Shown: positions 1 to 9,072 of the stretch, piece after piece
Numbering within the stretch: position 1 is the first letter of the stretch
How the letters are laid out: each line of letters begins with the position of its first letter
Assembly (NCBI GenBank): GCA_963843455.1
Contig: CAWJKE010000006.1
Location: 5,510 to 69,509 of the forward strand
From: an uncultured Actinomycetota bacterium
GTDB taxonomy: Bacteria > Actinomycetota > Thermoleophilia > RBG-16-64-13
Length of the DNA stretch: 64,000 nucleotides
Direction of reading: 5' to 3'
Notes under the pieces: generated by a model
What the model was told of the DNA's origin: nothing
Seen by the model: the letters and a program-made list of their open reading frames with translations, nothing else
The model's database searches: none
Position numbers and translations under genes: made by a program

Positions 1-255
1 CGGAGACACGGCTGTGCCCTCGGGGAGAGCGGTCACTTCATGCGTATCCTGCTTGGGCCGCATCAGGAGGTAGATGACGGTCCCGATGAACGGGATGATG
101 ATCACCAGAACGAACCAGAGGGCCTTCGCCCCGCCGCCCAGATCGTGCCGCCGGAAGATGTCCCAGATGGATATGGACCAAGTGAGGAAAAGTCCTATCC
201 AAATGACCAGCAGAAAGAAGAAGGCCAAGAAACTCAGCCCGGATGTTGCGTACAT
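1..255 (-). CDS. PLD-nuclease N-terminal (PLDc_N) domain small membrane protein; only the 5'-proximal part is in the window (runs off window start)
   Basis: ATG at 255..253 preceded by GGGAGGAG. Translation MYATSGLSFLAFFFLLVIWIGLFLTWSISIWDIFRRHDLGGGAKALWFVLVIIIPFIGTVIYLLMRPK... shows the W-I-x-D ... KALW ... P-x-IG ... Y signature of PLDc_N. No stop before position 1. Absent from ORF track because truncated. Confidence 0.5.
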   Translation of the reverse strand, partial: MYATSGLSFLAFFFLLVIWIGLFLTWSISIWDIFRRHDLGGGAKALWFVLVIIIPFIGTVIYLLMRPKQDTHEVTALPEGTAVSP

Positions 256-415
256 ACTGCTCCTCCCAAATCGCCCGCTGTGGTCGCCCTTTCGAGGCAT
301 CATACCAATGCGTGGGGATAACGCAAACATCGAACGCGGGGCCCCTCTTGCAGGAGGTTCGTCCAAGTGGTAGTAGAAGAGAGTATTCGTAAAAAGTCTC
401 GATGAGGGGGCGGCA

Positions 416-958
416 ATGGAGCAAGTTTCACGGATGTGGGGTTGGGCGCTGTTCTTTGGGATCCTTACGCTGGTCATTGGGATCTTGGTCGTGGTGTGGC
501 CGTCGGAGACTCTGAAGGTCCTCACCATCCTCTTTGGGCTGCAGTTGTTCGTCATGGGCATCTACGCGCTGGTCAAGTCCTTCTCGGCGGCCAATGAGCA
601 TAAGGTGTGGACGGTCTTCCTCGGTATCTTCTCGATCATCGTCGCTCTGATAATCATCCGCAACATAGTCGAGACCATCGCCGTCGTCGGTTTCATCCTC
701 GGTGTTTTCTGGATCATCCACGGCATCATCCAGTTCGTCATGTCCGTGGGCGACAAGACCTATCCCGCAAGGGGCTGGACCATCTTCATGTCCATCATCA
801 CCGTCATCGCCGGGATCGTTGTGGTCGCTTGGCCGCTGAAGTCCCTGACCGCTCTTGCCTGGCTCATCGGCATCTGGTTTATCGTGCTCGGCATCCTGGG
901 CATCATCCTTGCGTTCATGGTGCGGAGTGAAGAGAAGAAGGAGCTAAAGGCCGCCTGA
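416..958 (+). CDS. HdeD/DUF308 family membrane protein
   Basis: 180 aa, repeated GILTLVIGILVVVWP-type hydrophobic repeats typical of DUF308; SD GAGGGGG upstream of ATG. Confidence 0.6.
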   Translation: MEQVSRMWGWALFFGILTLVIGILVVVWPSETLKVLTILFGLQLFVMGIYALVKSFSAANEHKVWTVFLGIFSIIVALIIIRNIVETIAVVGFILGVFWIIHGIIQFVMSVGDKTYPARGWTIFMSIITVIAGIVVVAWPLKSLTALAWLIGIWFIVLGILGIILAFMVRSEEKKELKAA

Positions 959-987
959 TCGGGCCGCGACGCTGAGAGGGGACGACG

Positions 988-2274
988 GTGAGCGACACGA
1001 CGGAGAACGGCACTGTGTCCAGCGATGCCGCGCAGAGCGAGGTCATCCCGAGCGACGCCGCCGCCGCTGTCGCAGAGAAGCCGCAGCCCCGGTCCAAGGG
1101 GCCGGTGTGGAGGCGCACCCTGGCCTGGGTGTTCCTCGTTCTCGGGCTGATCCTGGTGCCTCTCGCGGTTACAGGAGGCTGGGTCCGCGGGAACATCTTC
1201 AGCACCGATGGTTTCGTCAACATGGTCGGTCCCCTCGCCTCCGATCCGGCGATCCAAGACCAGATCGCCAATTCGGTCACCAATCAGATCTTCAACGCGC
1301 TCGACCTCGAAGTGCGCCTTCAGAACGTGCTCCCCGACAGGCTCGGCTTTCTGGCCGGGCCTGTTGAGGACCGTCTGCAAGCCCGGACGCTGCAGGGGGC
1401 GCAGGCTCTTGTCGCCAGCGATCAGTTCCCCGCCATATGGACGAAGGCGATCACGGGGGTCCACGGGGCGATTGTGGGCTTCTTGAACGGCACCGGCAAG
1501 GCATACCTCGATGAGAACGGCATGATCACCCTCGACCTCAGCGGGATATCTACCCGCCTGGTCGACAGGCTCGCCCAGGTCGGCGTCGAGATCTCCGCTC
1601 AGGAACGACCGATACTCGCCACGGGTCAGGTGCCGATCGTCGAGGCGGCTGGACTCGACAAGGTCAGGAGCCTTCTGAACTTCGTCAACAAGCTCTTCAT
1701 CGTGCTGCCCATCCTGGCGGTGCTCCTGCTGGCCGGCTCCGTCGCCGTCGCGGTTAGGCGGCAGAGGGCGGCCGTCCGCGTCGGCATCGGCCTGATGATA
1801 GCCACGGCCATCTTCGTCATCGGCATCGCTATCGGACGGACGTTCTTCATGGACGCCATCACCGGCGCGGGTATCACGAGTGACGCCGGAGGCGCGCTGT
1901 GGGGCGCGCTCACCATTGCACTACGCGCTACCGCCTGGGGCCTGTTCTTCATCGGCCTGCTGTTGCTCATCCACCCGTACATCGTGCGGGCCTTCCGCGG
2001 CGGCACCATGGAGCGTGCCGCGGGCGGGGCTGCCGAACGCGGCTGGGATACCGGCGGGTTCGGCCGGTTCGTTGCGCGGCACCGCACCATGCTGGCCTTG
2101 GCCGTGCTCATCATCGGCTTCTTGGCCCTCGTGTTGTCGGGCGGTCCCCCGATCTGGGCCATCGTCCTGACAGCCGTGCTGGTTATCCTCGCGGACGCGC
2201 TGATCTTCTTCATCGCGCGCCTTAGCGATCTGGCTGCGAAGTCCCGGGCCGAAGTCATCGATGAGTCAGCCTGA
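988..2274 (+). CDS. hypothetical integral membrane protein
   Basis: 428 aa, GTG start after GAGAGGGGA; N-terminal TM helix, long extracytoplasmic region, five to six C-terminal TM helices; no family recognised. Confidence 0.5.
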   Translation: MSDTTENGTVSSDAAQSEVIPSDAAAAVAEKPQPRSKGPVWRRTLAWVFLVLGLILVPLAVTGGWVRGNIFSTDGFVNMVGPLASDPAIQDQIANSVTNQIFNALDLEVRLQNVLPDRLGFLAGPVEDRLQARTLQGAQALVASDQFPAIWTKAITGVHGAIVGFLNGTGKAYLDENGMITLDLSGISTRLVDRLAQVGVEISAQERPILATGQVPIVEAAGLDKVRSLLNFVNKLFIVLPILAVLLLAGSVAVAVRRQRAAVRVGIGLMIATAIFVIGIAIGRTFFMDAITGAGITSDAGGALWGALTIALRATAWGLFFIGLLLLIHPYIVRAFRGGTMERAAGGAAERGWDTGGFGRFVARHRTMLALAVLIIGFLALVLSGGPPIWAIVLTAVLVILADALIFFIARLSDLAAKSRAEVIDESA

Positions 2275-2974
2275 GGCTGAAGTAGATAGCAAATCGCGGC
2301 GTAGCCGCCCCGTGGTGGGGCGGCTACGCCGTTCGGACGACGAGTACGGTCTGGTACTAGCAGCCATTCTCGTGACGCTTGTCGTCATGGGCGTGGTGAG
2401 CGAGCGTTCCCTGGGCAGGTTGATCGTCCCGATTCTGTTCCTGGGGATCTTCTTCCTTACTCTGCTGACGTCGGGGGTGCCCCGTCGCACCATCCTCATC
2501 CTGACCGTGGTCATCCCCGTCGTTCTGGCGGTGGCGGCAGGAGCTTCGGCGTCGAGGCTCGGCTCGGTGGTCAGCTCTCTCACTTCGTTCGAGTCCGCGC
2601 TGCTGGTGATCGCCTGCGTGGTCTTCATCTTCCGCCGACTGTCCACGCACGTCTTCATCACTCGCCAGACCATCTTCGGCGCTCTTTGTGTATATCTCTT
2701 CGGCGCTCTCCTGTTCGCCCTGGTCTACGGCATCATCGCAGCCATCAGCGGGCAGCCCTTCTTCGTCCAGACCGATAATCCGTCCGGCGTGGACTACATA
2801 TACTTCAGCTTCGTCTCAGTTACGACCCTCGGTTTTGGCGACTTCTCCCCGGCCACGGATGTCGGCAAGATGGCAGCAGTCATCGAGGCCATAGGTGGAC
2901 AGCTTTATCTTGTGGTCGTCGTGGCCCTGTTCGTGAGCAGGATCGGACGCAGGCGGATGGACCGGGCCGAGTGA
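2261..2974 (+). CDS. ion-channel (two-TM K+ channel-like, Ion_trans_2) protein
   Basis: 237 aa, several TM helices and pore motif VTTLGFGDFSP (T-x-G-F-G-D selectivity-filter-like); overlaps upstream gene by 14 nt. Confidence 0.55.
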   Translation: MSQPEAEVDSKSRRSRPVVGRLRRSDDEYGLVLAAILVTLVVMGVVSERSLGRLIVPILFLGIFFLTLLTSGVPRRTILILTVVIPVVLAVAAGASASRLGSVVSSLTSFESALLVIACVVFIFRRLSTHVFITRQTIFGALCVYLFGALLFALVYGIIAAISGQPFFVQTDNPSGVDYIYFSFVSVTTLGFGDFSPATDVGKMAAVIEAIGGQLYLVVVVALFVSRIGRRRMDRAE

Positions 2975-2977
2975 TCG

Positions 2978-2994
2978 GCCGTGGGGCGGCCGTC
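2978..2994 (+). terminator. possible short stem-loop CGGCCG-TGGGG-CGGCCG after channel gene
   Basis: 6-bp GC stem, 5-nt loop directly after TGA; no U tract. Confidence 0.2.
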
Positions 2995-3062
2995 TACCGC
3001 CCCGTGAACTCGTCTGTTACGATGCGTTCTCAATCCCCGTGAACGATCGAAGAGGCTCAGCG

Positions 3063-5153
3063 ATGACCGACACACAAGCCACTCCTACCCGTCGCTCGGC
3101 TGCCGGCGCACTCTGGTGGCGTGTGGCGCGCGGGGTGGGGCGCCTCATAGGCATCATCATTATCCAGGCGGCCGTACTCTGGCTGGTCGCCCGCATCCTC
3201 CCCGGGGTCAGCCTGGTAGGCGTCGGGGCTCCCTTGGCCGTATCGTTGGCCATGCTGGTCGCCATGCTTGTGATCTGGCCGCTCTTCGTTCGTTTCTTCT
3301 TCAAGATCATCCTATGGACAGCCGGCCTGGTGACCGTGCTGGTCAACGGCCTCGTCGTGCAGGTGGCCAGCTGGATCAGCCCCAATCTGCGAGTGGACAA
3401 CTTCGGCTGGGCGGTTCTCTTCGCGTTGATATCGACCATAGTCCTGACTGCGCTCTTGGGCTTTATCTCGTTCGAGGACGCCGGCGTCTTCAGGCGGATC
3501 GTCCTGCGGCGCCAGAAACGTTTGGTGGACGAGAGCAGCGTCGGCAAACCCGGTGTGATATTCCTCGAGATCGACGGTCTCGCCCACGACGCGCTGGTCC
3601 GTGCGATGAACGGCGGCAAGGCGCGTACGCTGCGCAAATGGGTGGAGTCGGGCACGCATCGTCTCGTGCCCTGGGAGACCGACCTCTCCTCGCAGACCAG
3701 TGCCTCCCAGGCGGGCCTGCTACATGGCAACAACAACGACATCCCGGCCTTTCGCTGGTTCGACAAGGATCTCGGCCGGGTGGTCGTTTCGAGCAACCTC
3801 AAGGTCCTCGGACCGTTCGAGAAGGCCCACTCCGACGGCAACGGGCTTCTCGCTCACGGCGGCACGGCCAGGGCCAGCATGCTTTCAGGCGACGCCGACG
3901 AGGTCATGCTGGTCGCCAGCAGGGTGACCGAGGAGAGGGGGGAGAGCTACCGTTCCTTCTTCGCCTCGCCCCTGAGCTTCACTCACACGATGATGCTCTT
4001 CTTCTGGGAGATGATCCTGGAGACGGGGGCCAAGTGGTCTCAGCGGTTCCGCAACGAAGAGCCCAGGATCGATCGTCACCTCAAGTACACGGTTCTTCGA
4101 GCCGGGATGACGGTAGCGCTGCGCGATCTCAGCATCAGCGGAGTCGTTGGCGACATGCTTCGCGGTGCTCCTTACTGCTATGTCACCCTGGCCGGGTACG
4201 ACGAGGTCGCCCATCATTCCGGGCTCGACCGCCACGACACTCTCGCCGTGCTCCGCAAGACGGACGCCCGCATCAAGAACCTTCAGAACCTCGCCAAGAT
4301 CGCCCCACGGGATTACCACTTCGTCGTCCTCTCCGACCACGGCCAGACGATGGGCGCGACCTTCCTACAGCGCTACGGATACGACCTGGAGGAGCTCGTC
4401 CGACAGTCGGTCTCATCGGGCACCACCGTCGGCGGGCCGAGCACCTACTCGGAGAGCGGTGCAGGGGCGGGAGTGGGCAAGGGACAGAGCGATTGGGAAC
4501 ACGTGTCCACCATCGACGTCGCCGCCCAGGAGTCGGGAGTGGCCAAGAGCCGCATCGGGGGGCTGCTCGACAAGCGGTTGCACGCCGGCGACCCTGTGCC
4601 CACCTCGATGACCGACCTGGTGGTCATGGCCTCGGGGAACCTTGGGATCATCTCCTTCACCGGGCCCAAGCACCGGGTGACGCTCGAGGATATCGAGCGC
4701 GAACAGCCCGAGCTCATGGACAGTCTGGTCAACCACCCCGGAGTGGGATTCGTGATGGTGGCCACAAAGGGTGCAGGAGGCGCGGCGGCGAACGACGCCG
4801 CCGGCGCCGGCGACACGGTGATCATCGGCAAGGGCGGGCGGCACTACCTCGGCGATGATCGGGTCGTGGGCGACGATCCTCTGCTTCCTTACGGCCCGAA
4901 CGCGGCGCGTCACGCACGTCGGACCAACTCCTTCGGCAATTGTCCCGACCTCCTCGTGATGAGCACTTACTGGCCCGAGACCAACCAGAATGCCGCTTTT
5001 GAGGAACTGGTGGGCAATCACGGCGGGCTCGGCGGCGAGCAGACCAAGCCTTTCGTGCTGTTCCCGGCCGAATGGACCCTTGACGACTCAGAGCTCATCG
5101 GGGCGGAGTCGGTGTTCAGAAACCTCAAGCGCTGGACAGGGCTGACCGCCTAG
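3063..5153 (+). CDS. fusion protein: N-terminal DUF360/holin-like TM domain + alkaline phosphatase / type I phosphodiesterase-nucleotide pyrophosphatase family domain
   Basis: ATG 3063 after GAAGAGG (ORF track extends to GTG 3039); 4 TM helices then GVIFLEIDGLAHDAL...LSDHGQT motifs typical of the alkaline-phosphatase superfamily. Confidence 0.6.
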   Translation: MTDTQATPTRRSAAGALWWRVARGVGRLIGIIIIQAAVLWLVARILPGVSLVGVGAPLAVSLAMLVAMLVIWPLFVRFFFKIILWTAGLVTVLVNGLVVQVASWISPNLRVDNFGWAVLFALISTIVLTALLGFISFEDAGVFRRIVLRRQKRLVDESSVGKPGVIFLEIDGLAHDALVRAMNGGKARTLRKWVESGTHRLVPWETDLSSQTSASQAGLLHGNNNDIPAFRWFDKDLGRVVVSSNLKVLGPFEKAHSDGNGLLAHGGTARASMLSGDADEVMLVASRVTEERGESYRSFFASPLSFTHTMMLFFWEMILETGAKWSQRFRNEEPRIDRHLKYTVLRAGMTVALRDLSISGVVGDMLRGAPYCYVTLAGYDEVAHHSGLDRHDTLAVLRKTDARIKNLQNLAKIAPRDYHFVVLSDHGQTMGATFLQRYGYDLEELVRQSVSSGTTVGGPSTYSESGAGAGVGKGQSDWEHVSTIDVAAQESGVAKSRIGGLLDKRLHAGDPVPTSMTDLVVMASGNLGIISFTGPKHRVTLEDIEREQPELMDSLVNHPGVGFVMVATKGAGGAAANDAAGAGDTVIIGKGGRHYLGDDRVVGDDPLLPYGPNAARHARRTNSFGNCPDLLVMSTYWPETNQNAAFEELVGNHGGLGGEQTKPFVLFPAEWTLDDSELIGAESVFRNLKRWTGLTA

Positions 5154-5302
5154 CCCCCGGGCCGGTCGGCGCCGGCATGCCGAGAGAGTGGCCGTCTTCG
5201 CTTGACTCCCCGACCGTTGGCGTTCAGAGTGGGCGGCAGGAAGGTGAGCGGCGGCCGCCGGAGGGTGGTCTCCCACAAACGTCGCGACGGTGCGGGGGTG
5301 AG

Positions 5303-6022
5303 ATGGCTTCAGAAGCCTCGGGTGGCTACCTAGCTGAAGAGAGACTGGTAGTAAGGAGCCCGCGCTCCGCAGCCATCGCCGGCATGCTGTTCGCCGTGTT
5401 GTTCTCGGTGAGCGTGATCATCCTCAAAGTCTCGGTGAGCGACGTGACCAGAGACCAAGGCCAGTGGCTCGCCGAAAAAGCCGGATGGGTCACGTTCGCG
5501 ATTGGCCTCATGCCCTTTGCCGGCATCTTCTTCCTCTGGTTCATGGGCGTCGTGCGCGCTCGCCTGGGCCGCTTCGAGGACCAGTTCTTCTCGACCGTGT
5601 TCGTGGGAAGCGGGTTGATCTTTCTCGCCATGGTGTTCGTGGCCTCGGCGATCGCCGGCGCCATCGTCACGGGCTACGCCCGTGACCCGAGCGGCTTCCC
5701 GGGCAGCAGTACGTACTTCTTGGCGCGCGATCTCATCACCCAGATCTTCGGTATCTATGTGATGCGCATGGCCGCGATATTCCTCTTTTCGCAGGCTACC
5801 CTGTGGCTGCGAACCAAGGTAATGCCCCGCTGGATCATCTTCATCACCTACCCGATCGGACTCGTGCTGCTGTTTGTCTTCACCCGCTCGTTTTGGGTGG
5901 TTCTCGTCTTTCCTGCCTGGGTGCTTCTCGTGAGCGTCTACATCATGGTCGTCAGCTTCCGTCGGCGGCCGGAGGTCGGAGATGCCGAGATTCTGACTGC
6001 TCCTGAAGCGGCAAGCGACTGA
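5303..6022 (+). CDS. hypothetical integral membrane protein
   Basis: ATG 5303 after GGGGGTGAG; about 7 predicted TM helices; ORF track start 5177 lacks RBS. Confidence 0.4.
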   Translation: MASEASGGYLAEERLVVRSPRSAAIAGMLFAVLFSVSVIILKVSVSDVTRDQGQWLAEKAGWVTFAIGLMPFAGIFFLWFMGVVRARLGRFEDQFFSTVFVGSGLIFLAMVFVASAIAGAIVTGYARDPSGFPGSSTYFLARDLITQIFGIYVMRMAAIFLFSQATLWLRTKVMPRWIIFITYPIGLVLLFVFTRSFWVVLVFPAWVLLVSVYIMVVSFRRRPEVGDAEILTAPEAASD

Positions 6023-6046
6023 TCTCGGACGGGAGGTAGTCGCCCC

Positions 6047-7750
6047 ATGAAACTGCCCGGTATCCTCAAGCGCTTGAAACCCAACCCGAAGACAGCTCGC
6101 CCGGACGTGGTCGCGGGCGTCGTCCTTGGAGTGGAGAGCGTGCCCGACGCCCTCGCCTCGGGCGTGCTCGCGGGGGTCAATCCGCTCTATGCCTTGTACG
6201 CGGTCATGATAGCCACGCCGGTAGGAGCCATCTTCTCCGGTTCGGTGTATTTGAGCGTCCAGACCACCAGCGCCATGTCGCTCGTGGTCGCCAGCGTCGC
6301 GGTTGTCACGAGCGGCGGCTCCCCCGGCACGCTCTTCGCGCTCTCGATCATGACCGGGGTGATCATGTTGGCGGCCGGCTTCCTGAAGGCGGGCCGACTT
6401 CTGCGCTGGGTGCCCAATTCGGAGATGGTGGGTTTTATGACCGGGGTGGCCTTTCTCATCATCCTGGGTCAGTTGGGCGACCTCACCGGGTACTCGAGCG
6501 AATACAGCAATAAGGTCGCCAAGACCGTGGATCTGCTATTCAACCTCGACAAGGTCGATCTCCCGACCGTCGCGGTGGGAGTCGGCACGATCATCCTCAT
6601 CATCGTGTTGCAGAAGACCCGCCTCCGCGGGTTCGGCCTGGTGGTGGCTATCATCGTGGCCTCGATGCTCCCGGCGCTCTTCAGCTGGGATTCCGTGGCC
6701 AAAGTCTCGGACATCGCCGAGATCACGGGCGGGCTGCCTCGACCGGCTCTGCCGGATTTCTCGCAGTTCTTCCGGCTCATTGTGCCGGCGCTTTCCCTGA
6801 CTGTCATCGGGCTGATCCAGGGCGCCGGGGTGAGTCAAGCGTTTGTGAACCCCGATGGACGATACCCCAATCCCTCGCGGGACTTCGTAGGGCAAGGAGC
6901 GGCCAACGTGGCCGCAGGTCTCATTCAGGGCATGCCGGTCGGGGGGTCGGCCTCCGCGACCGCCCTGATCGTCAGCAGCGGGGCGAGGACGCGGCTCGCG
7001 AACATCGTTGCCGGTGTAGTGATTGCCGTGGTCACGCTGCTCTTCTCCGGGGTGGTGGGCAAACTCGCCCTCCCTGCCCTCGCAGGCCTGCTTATGGTCG
7101 TCGGCTTTGGGATCATCAAGCCCGCCAACATAGGCGCCGTGTGGCATACGGGCAACATCCAGCGGATCATCATGATCATCACCTTCGCCCTAGTCTTGCT
7201 GATCCCACTCCAATACGCTGTGCTGGTGGGGGTGGCTCTCTCCATCTTCCTGTTCAGCGTGCGCCAATCCCAGCGGATCGTAGTGGTGGAGTGGAAGCTC
7301 AAGGAAGGCAGGCTTCCCATCGAGCAGAAGGTCCAGGCCACGATTCTGCCGAGGAGCGTCACGGTGCTGGTTCCCTACGGGAGCCTCTTCTACGCCGCCG
7401 CTCCGGCCTTTGAGGAGAAGCTGCCAAAGATCGACTCCCGGACGAGCCACTCGGTGGTGATATTCAACCTTCACAGCCGCACGGATTTGGGCAGCACCTT
7501 CATGCGTACCATCGATCGATACGCCGAGGACCTCAAGAAGCACGACAGCCGTCTCATGCTGGCGGAGGTCGATCCTGCGCTCAAGGAGCAGTTGGCGCGG
7601 GCAGGCATAGTGGCTTCGATCTCGCGCCGGAGCATATTCCTGCAGACCGAAGAGGTCGCGGGGTCGCTCTACGAAGCCCATGCTGCCGCCGAGGAATGGG
7701 TCTCCCAGCAGGCGCCCGAAGGTGGCGAGCCGCCCGCGCCCGACGCCTAG
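6047..7750 (+). CDS. SulP family sulfate/inorganic anion transporter with C-terminal STAS domain
   Basis: 567 aa; N-terminal VVAGVVLGVESVPDALASGVLAGVNPLYALY matches SulP signature; C-terminal STAS-like domain; GGGAGG RBS. Confidence 0.85.
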   Translation: MKLPGILKRLKPNPKTARPDVVAGVVLGVESVPDALASGVLAGVNPLYALYAVMIATPVGAIFSGSVYLSVQTTSAMSLVVASVAVVTSGGSPGTLFALSIMTGVIMLAAGFLKAGRLLRWVPNSEMVGFMTGVAFLIILGQLGDLTGYSSEYSNKVAKTVDLLFNLDKVDLPTVAVGVGTIILIIVLQKTRLRGFGLVVAIIVASMLPALFSWDSVAKVSDIAEITGGLPRPALPDFSQFFRLIVPALSLTVIGLIQGAGVSQAFVNPDGRYPNPSRDFVGQGAANVAAGLIQGMPVGGSASATALIVSSGARTRLANIVAGVVIAVVTLLFSGVVGKLALPALAGLLMVVGFGIIKPANIGAVWHTGNIQRIIMIITFALVLLIPLQYAVLVGVALSIFLFSVRQSQRIVVVEWKLKEGRLPIEQKVQATILPRSVTVLVPYGSLFYAAAPAFEEKLPKIDSRTSHSVVIFNLHSRTDLGSTFMRTIDRYAEDLKKHDSRLMLAEVDPALKEQLARAGIVASISRRSIFLQTEEVAGSLYEAHAAAEEWVSQQAPEGGEPPAPDA

Positions 7751-9036
7751 TCTTCGCCGTGCGAGGTCGGTGAGGCGATGCCGCGCCGCGTCTCCGTCAG
7801 TGCCGTCGGCTCGAGTTCCGGACTTCCGGGCGCAAAACCGGCCGCCTTGGAGCCGTACCACGCGGCCACCGGCCCGGCCGAGATACCGTGAAGGACAACG
7901 CTCAACAAGATGGTCCAGCCCGCGGTGGCGGCAAGCAGTGACGTTTCGATGCCGGCCTCACTCAGAGACTGGAGAGCGAGGATCAGGAACACGACGCTGG
8001 CCAAGCCACGAGGGCCGAACCAGCCGACGAACAACACGGTCGACCAGTGCATCTTCTTGCCGAGAAGCGAAAGGGCCACCGCCGCCATCCGTACTACGGT
8101 CAGGCTCAACAGCGCATAGACGATCGGTTGCCACCCAAGTCCGTCGGAAAGCACGAGTGGCGCGATGGCTGCCCCGAAGATGAACCAGACGACAAAAGTG
8201 AGGAGGACGCCCGTCTTCTCCGCATATCGGACTGCCTCAGTCGCCGTCTGATGGTTCACGGCGCCGAAGGCGATGCCGCCGACGAAGGCCGCGATGAACC
8301 CGTTGCCCTCCAGGGCGAGGGCGCCGCCGTAGGCCAGCAGTGCGAACGCGAAAGCCGCGAATTGGCGCGAGGCCGCGGTGGACCACTTCCGGCTCGCGGA
8401 CAGGCGCATCAGGTAGCCGCCGACGGCACCGACGGCGATCCCGACGCCCACCCCGATGGCCATCTCCTCGATGGCCGTGACGACGGGACTCCCGGTGTGC
8501 TCGGCCTCCGCGATCACGATGCCGATGAAGAGCACCACGACCGGAGTCGCTATGCCGTCGTTGAGCCCGCTCTCTACGTTGATCCCGCGGCGGACCCTAT
8601 CGGGCACCCGCGGATTCCTGAACATAGCCAGCCCAAGTGAGAGGTCGGTCGGCGCCAGGATGGAGGCGAGCAGGGCACAGGTGGCGAGGCCGAGCGCAGG
8701 CAGGAGAAGCCAGGCCGAAAGCGCGCCAAAGACTACCGCGAGCGGAAGGCCGACAAAGAGAAGCAGAATGAGGAGCGAAGCATCCCGCCGCAGGGCGCGA
8801 AGGTTGACGCTCGAGGCATCGGAGAAGAGCAAGAGAGCCAATGTTACCCCGGTGATCACGCGCACGAGTTCCGAGGCGGTGGTCGGATCGACCACTGACA
8901 GGCCTCTCGTGCCGAACAGAAAACCGATCAACACGAACACGATGGGTCCGGTCACCAAGAGATGCTCGACCCTCGCGGCCACCAGGGCGTACAAGGCTAT
9001 GAGACCCACCAGCACAAGATACCCAGTCATACCCAT
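7747..9036 (-). CDS. cation:proton antiporter (CPA1, NhaP-type Na+/H+ exchanger)
   Basis: 429 aa polytopic membrane protein with Na_H_Exchanger-like helices; GGGGAGG RBS; stop codon overlaps SulP stop (convergent, shared CTAG). Confidence 0.75.
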   Translation of the reverse strand: MGMTGYLVLVGLIALYALVAARVEHLLVTGPIVFVLIGFLFGTRGLSVVDPTTASELVRVITGVTLALLLFSDASSVNLRALRRDASLLILLLFVGLPLAVVFGALSAWLLLPALGLATCALLASILAPTDLSLGLAMFRNPRVPDRVRRGINVESGLNDGIATPVVVLFIGIVIAEAEHTGSPVVTAIEEMAIGVGVGIAVGAVGGYLMRLSASRKWSTAASRQFAAFAFALLAYGGALALEGNGFIAAFVGGIAFGAVNHQTATEAVRYAEKTGVLLTFVVWFIFGAAIAPLVLSDGLGWQPIVYALLSLTVVRMAAVALSLLGKKMHWSTVLFVGWFGPRGLASVVFLILALQSLSEAGIETSLLAATAGWTILLSVVLHGISAGPVAAWYGSKAAGFAPGSPELEPTALTETRRGIASPTSHGED

Positions 9037-9072
9037 CCTCCCCGCGGTTTAGCCTGTCGACGGCGTGCGCGT

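Noticed and set aside
38-424. 128-aa minus-strand ORF at the window start
   Set aside because: A different minus frame over the same bases encodes a protein with a clear PLDc_N signature and a strong RBS; the 128-aa ORF has neither.
3116-4858. 580-aa Arg/Pro/Gly-rich ORF in an alternate plus-strand frame
   Set aside because: It lies entirely inside the 3063..5153 phosphoesterase gene in another frame. Its composition (RGGAPHRHHH...) is the typical shadow ORF of a high-GC coding region.
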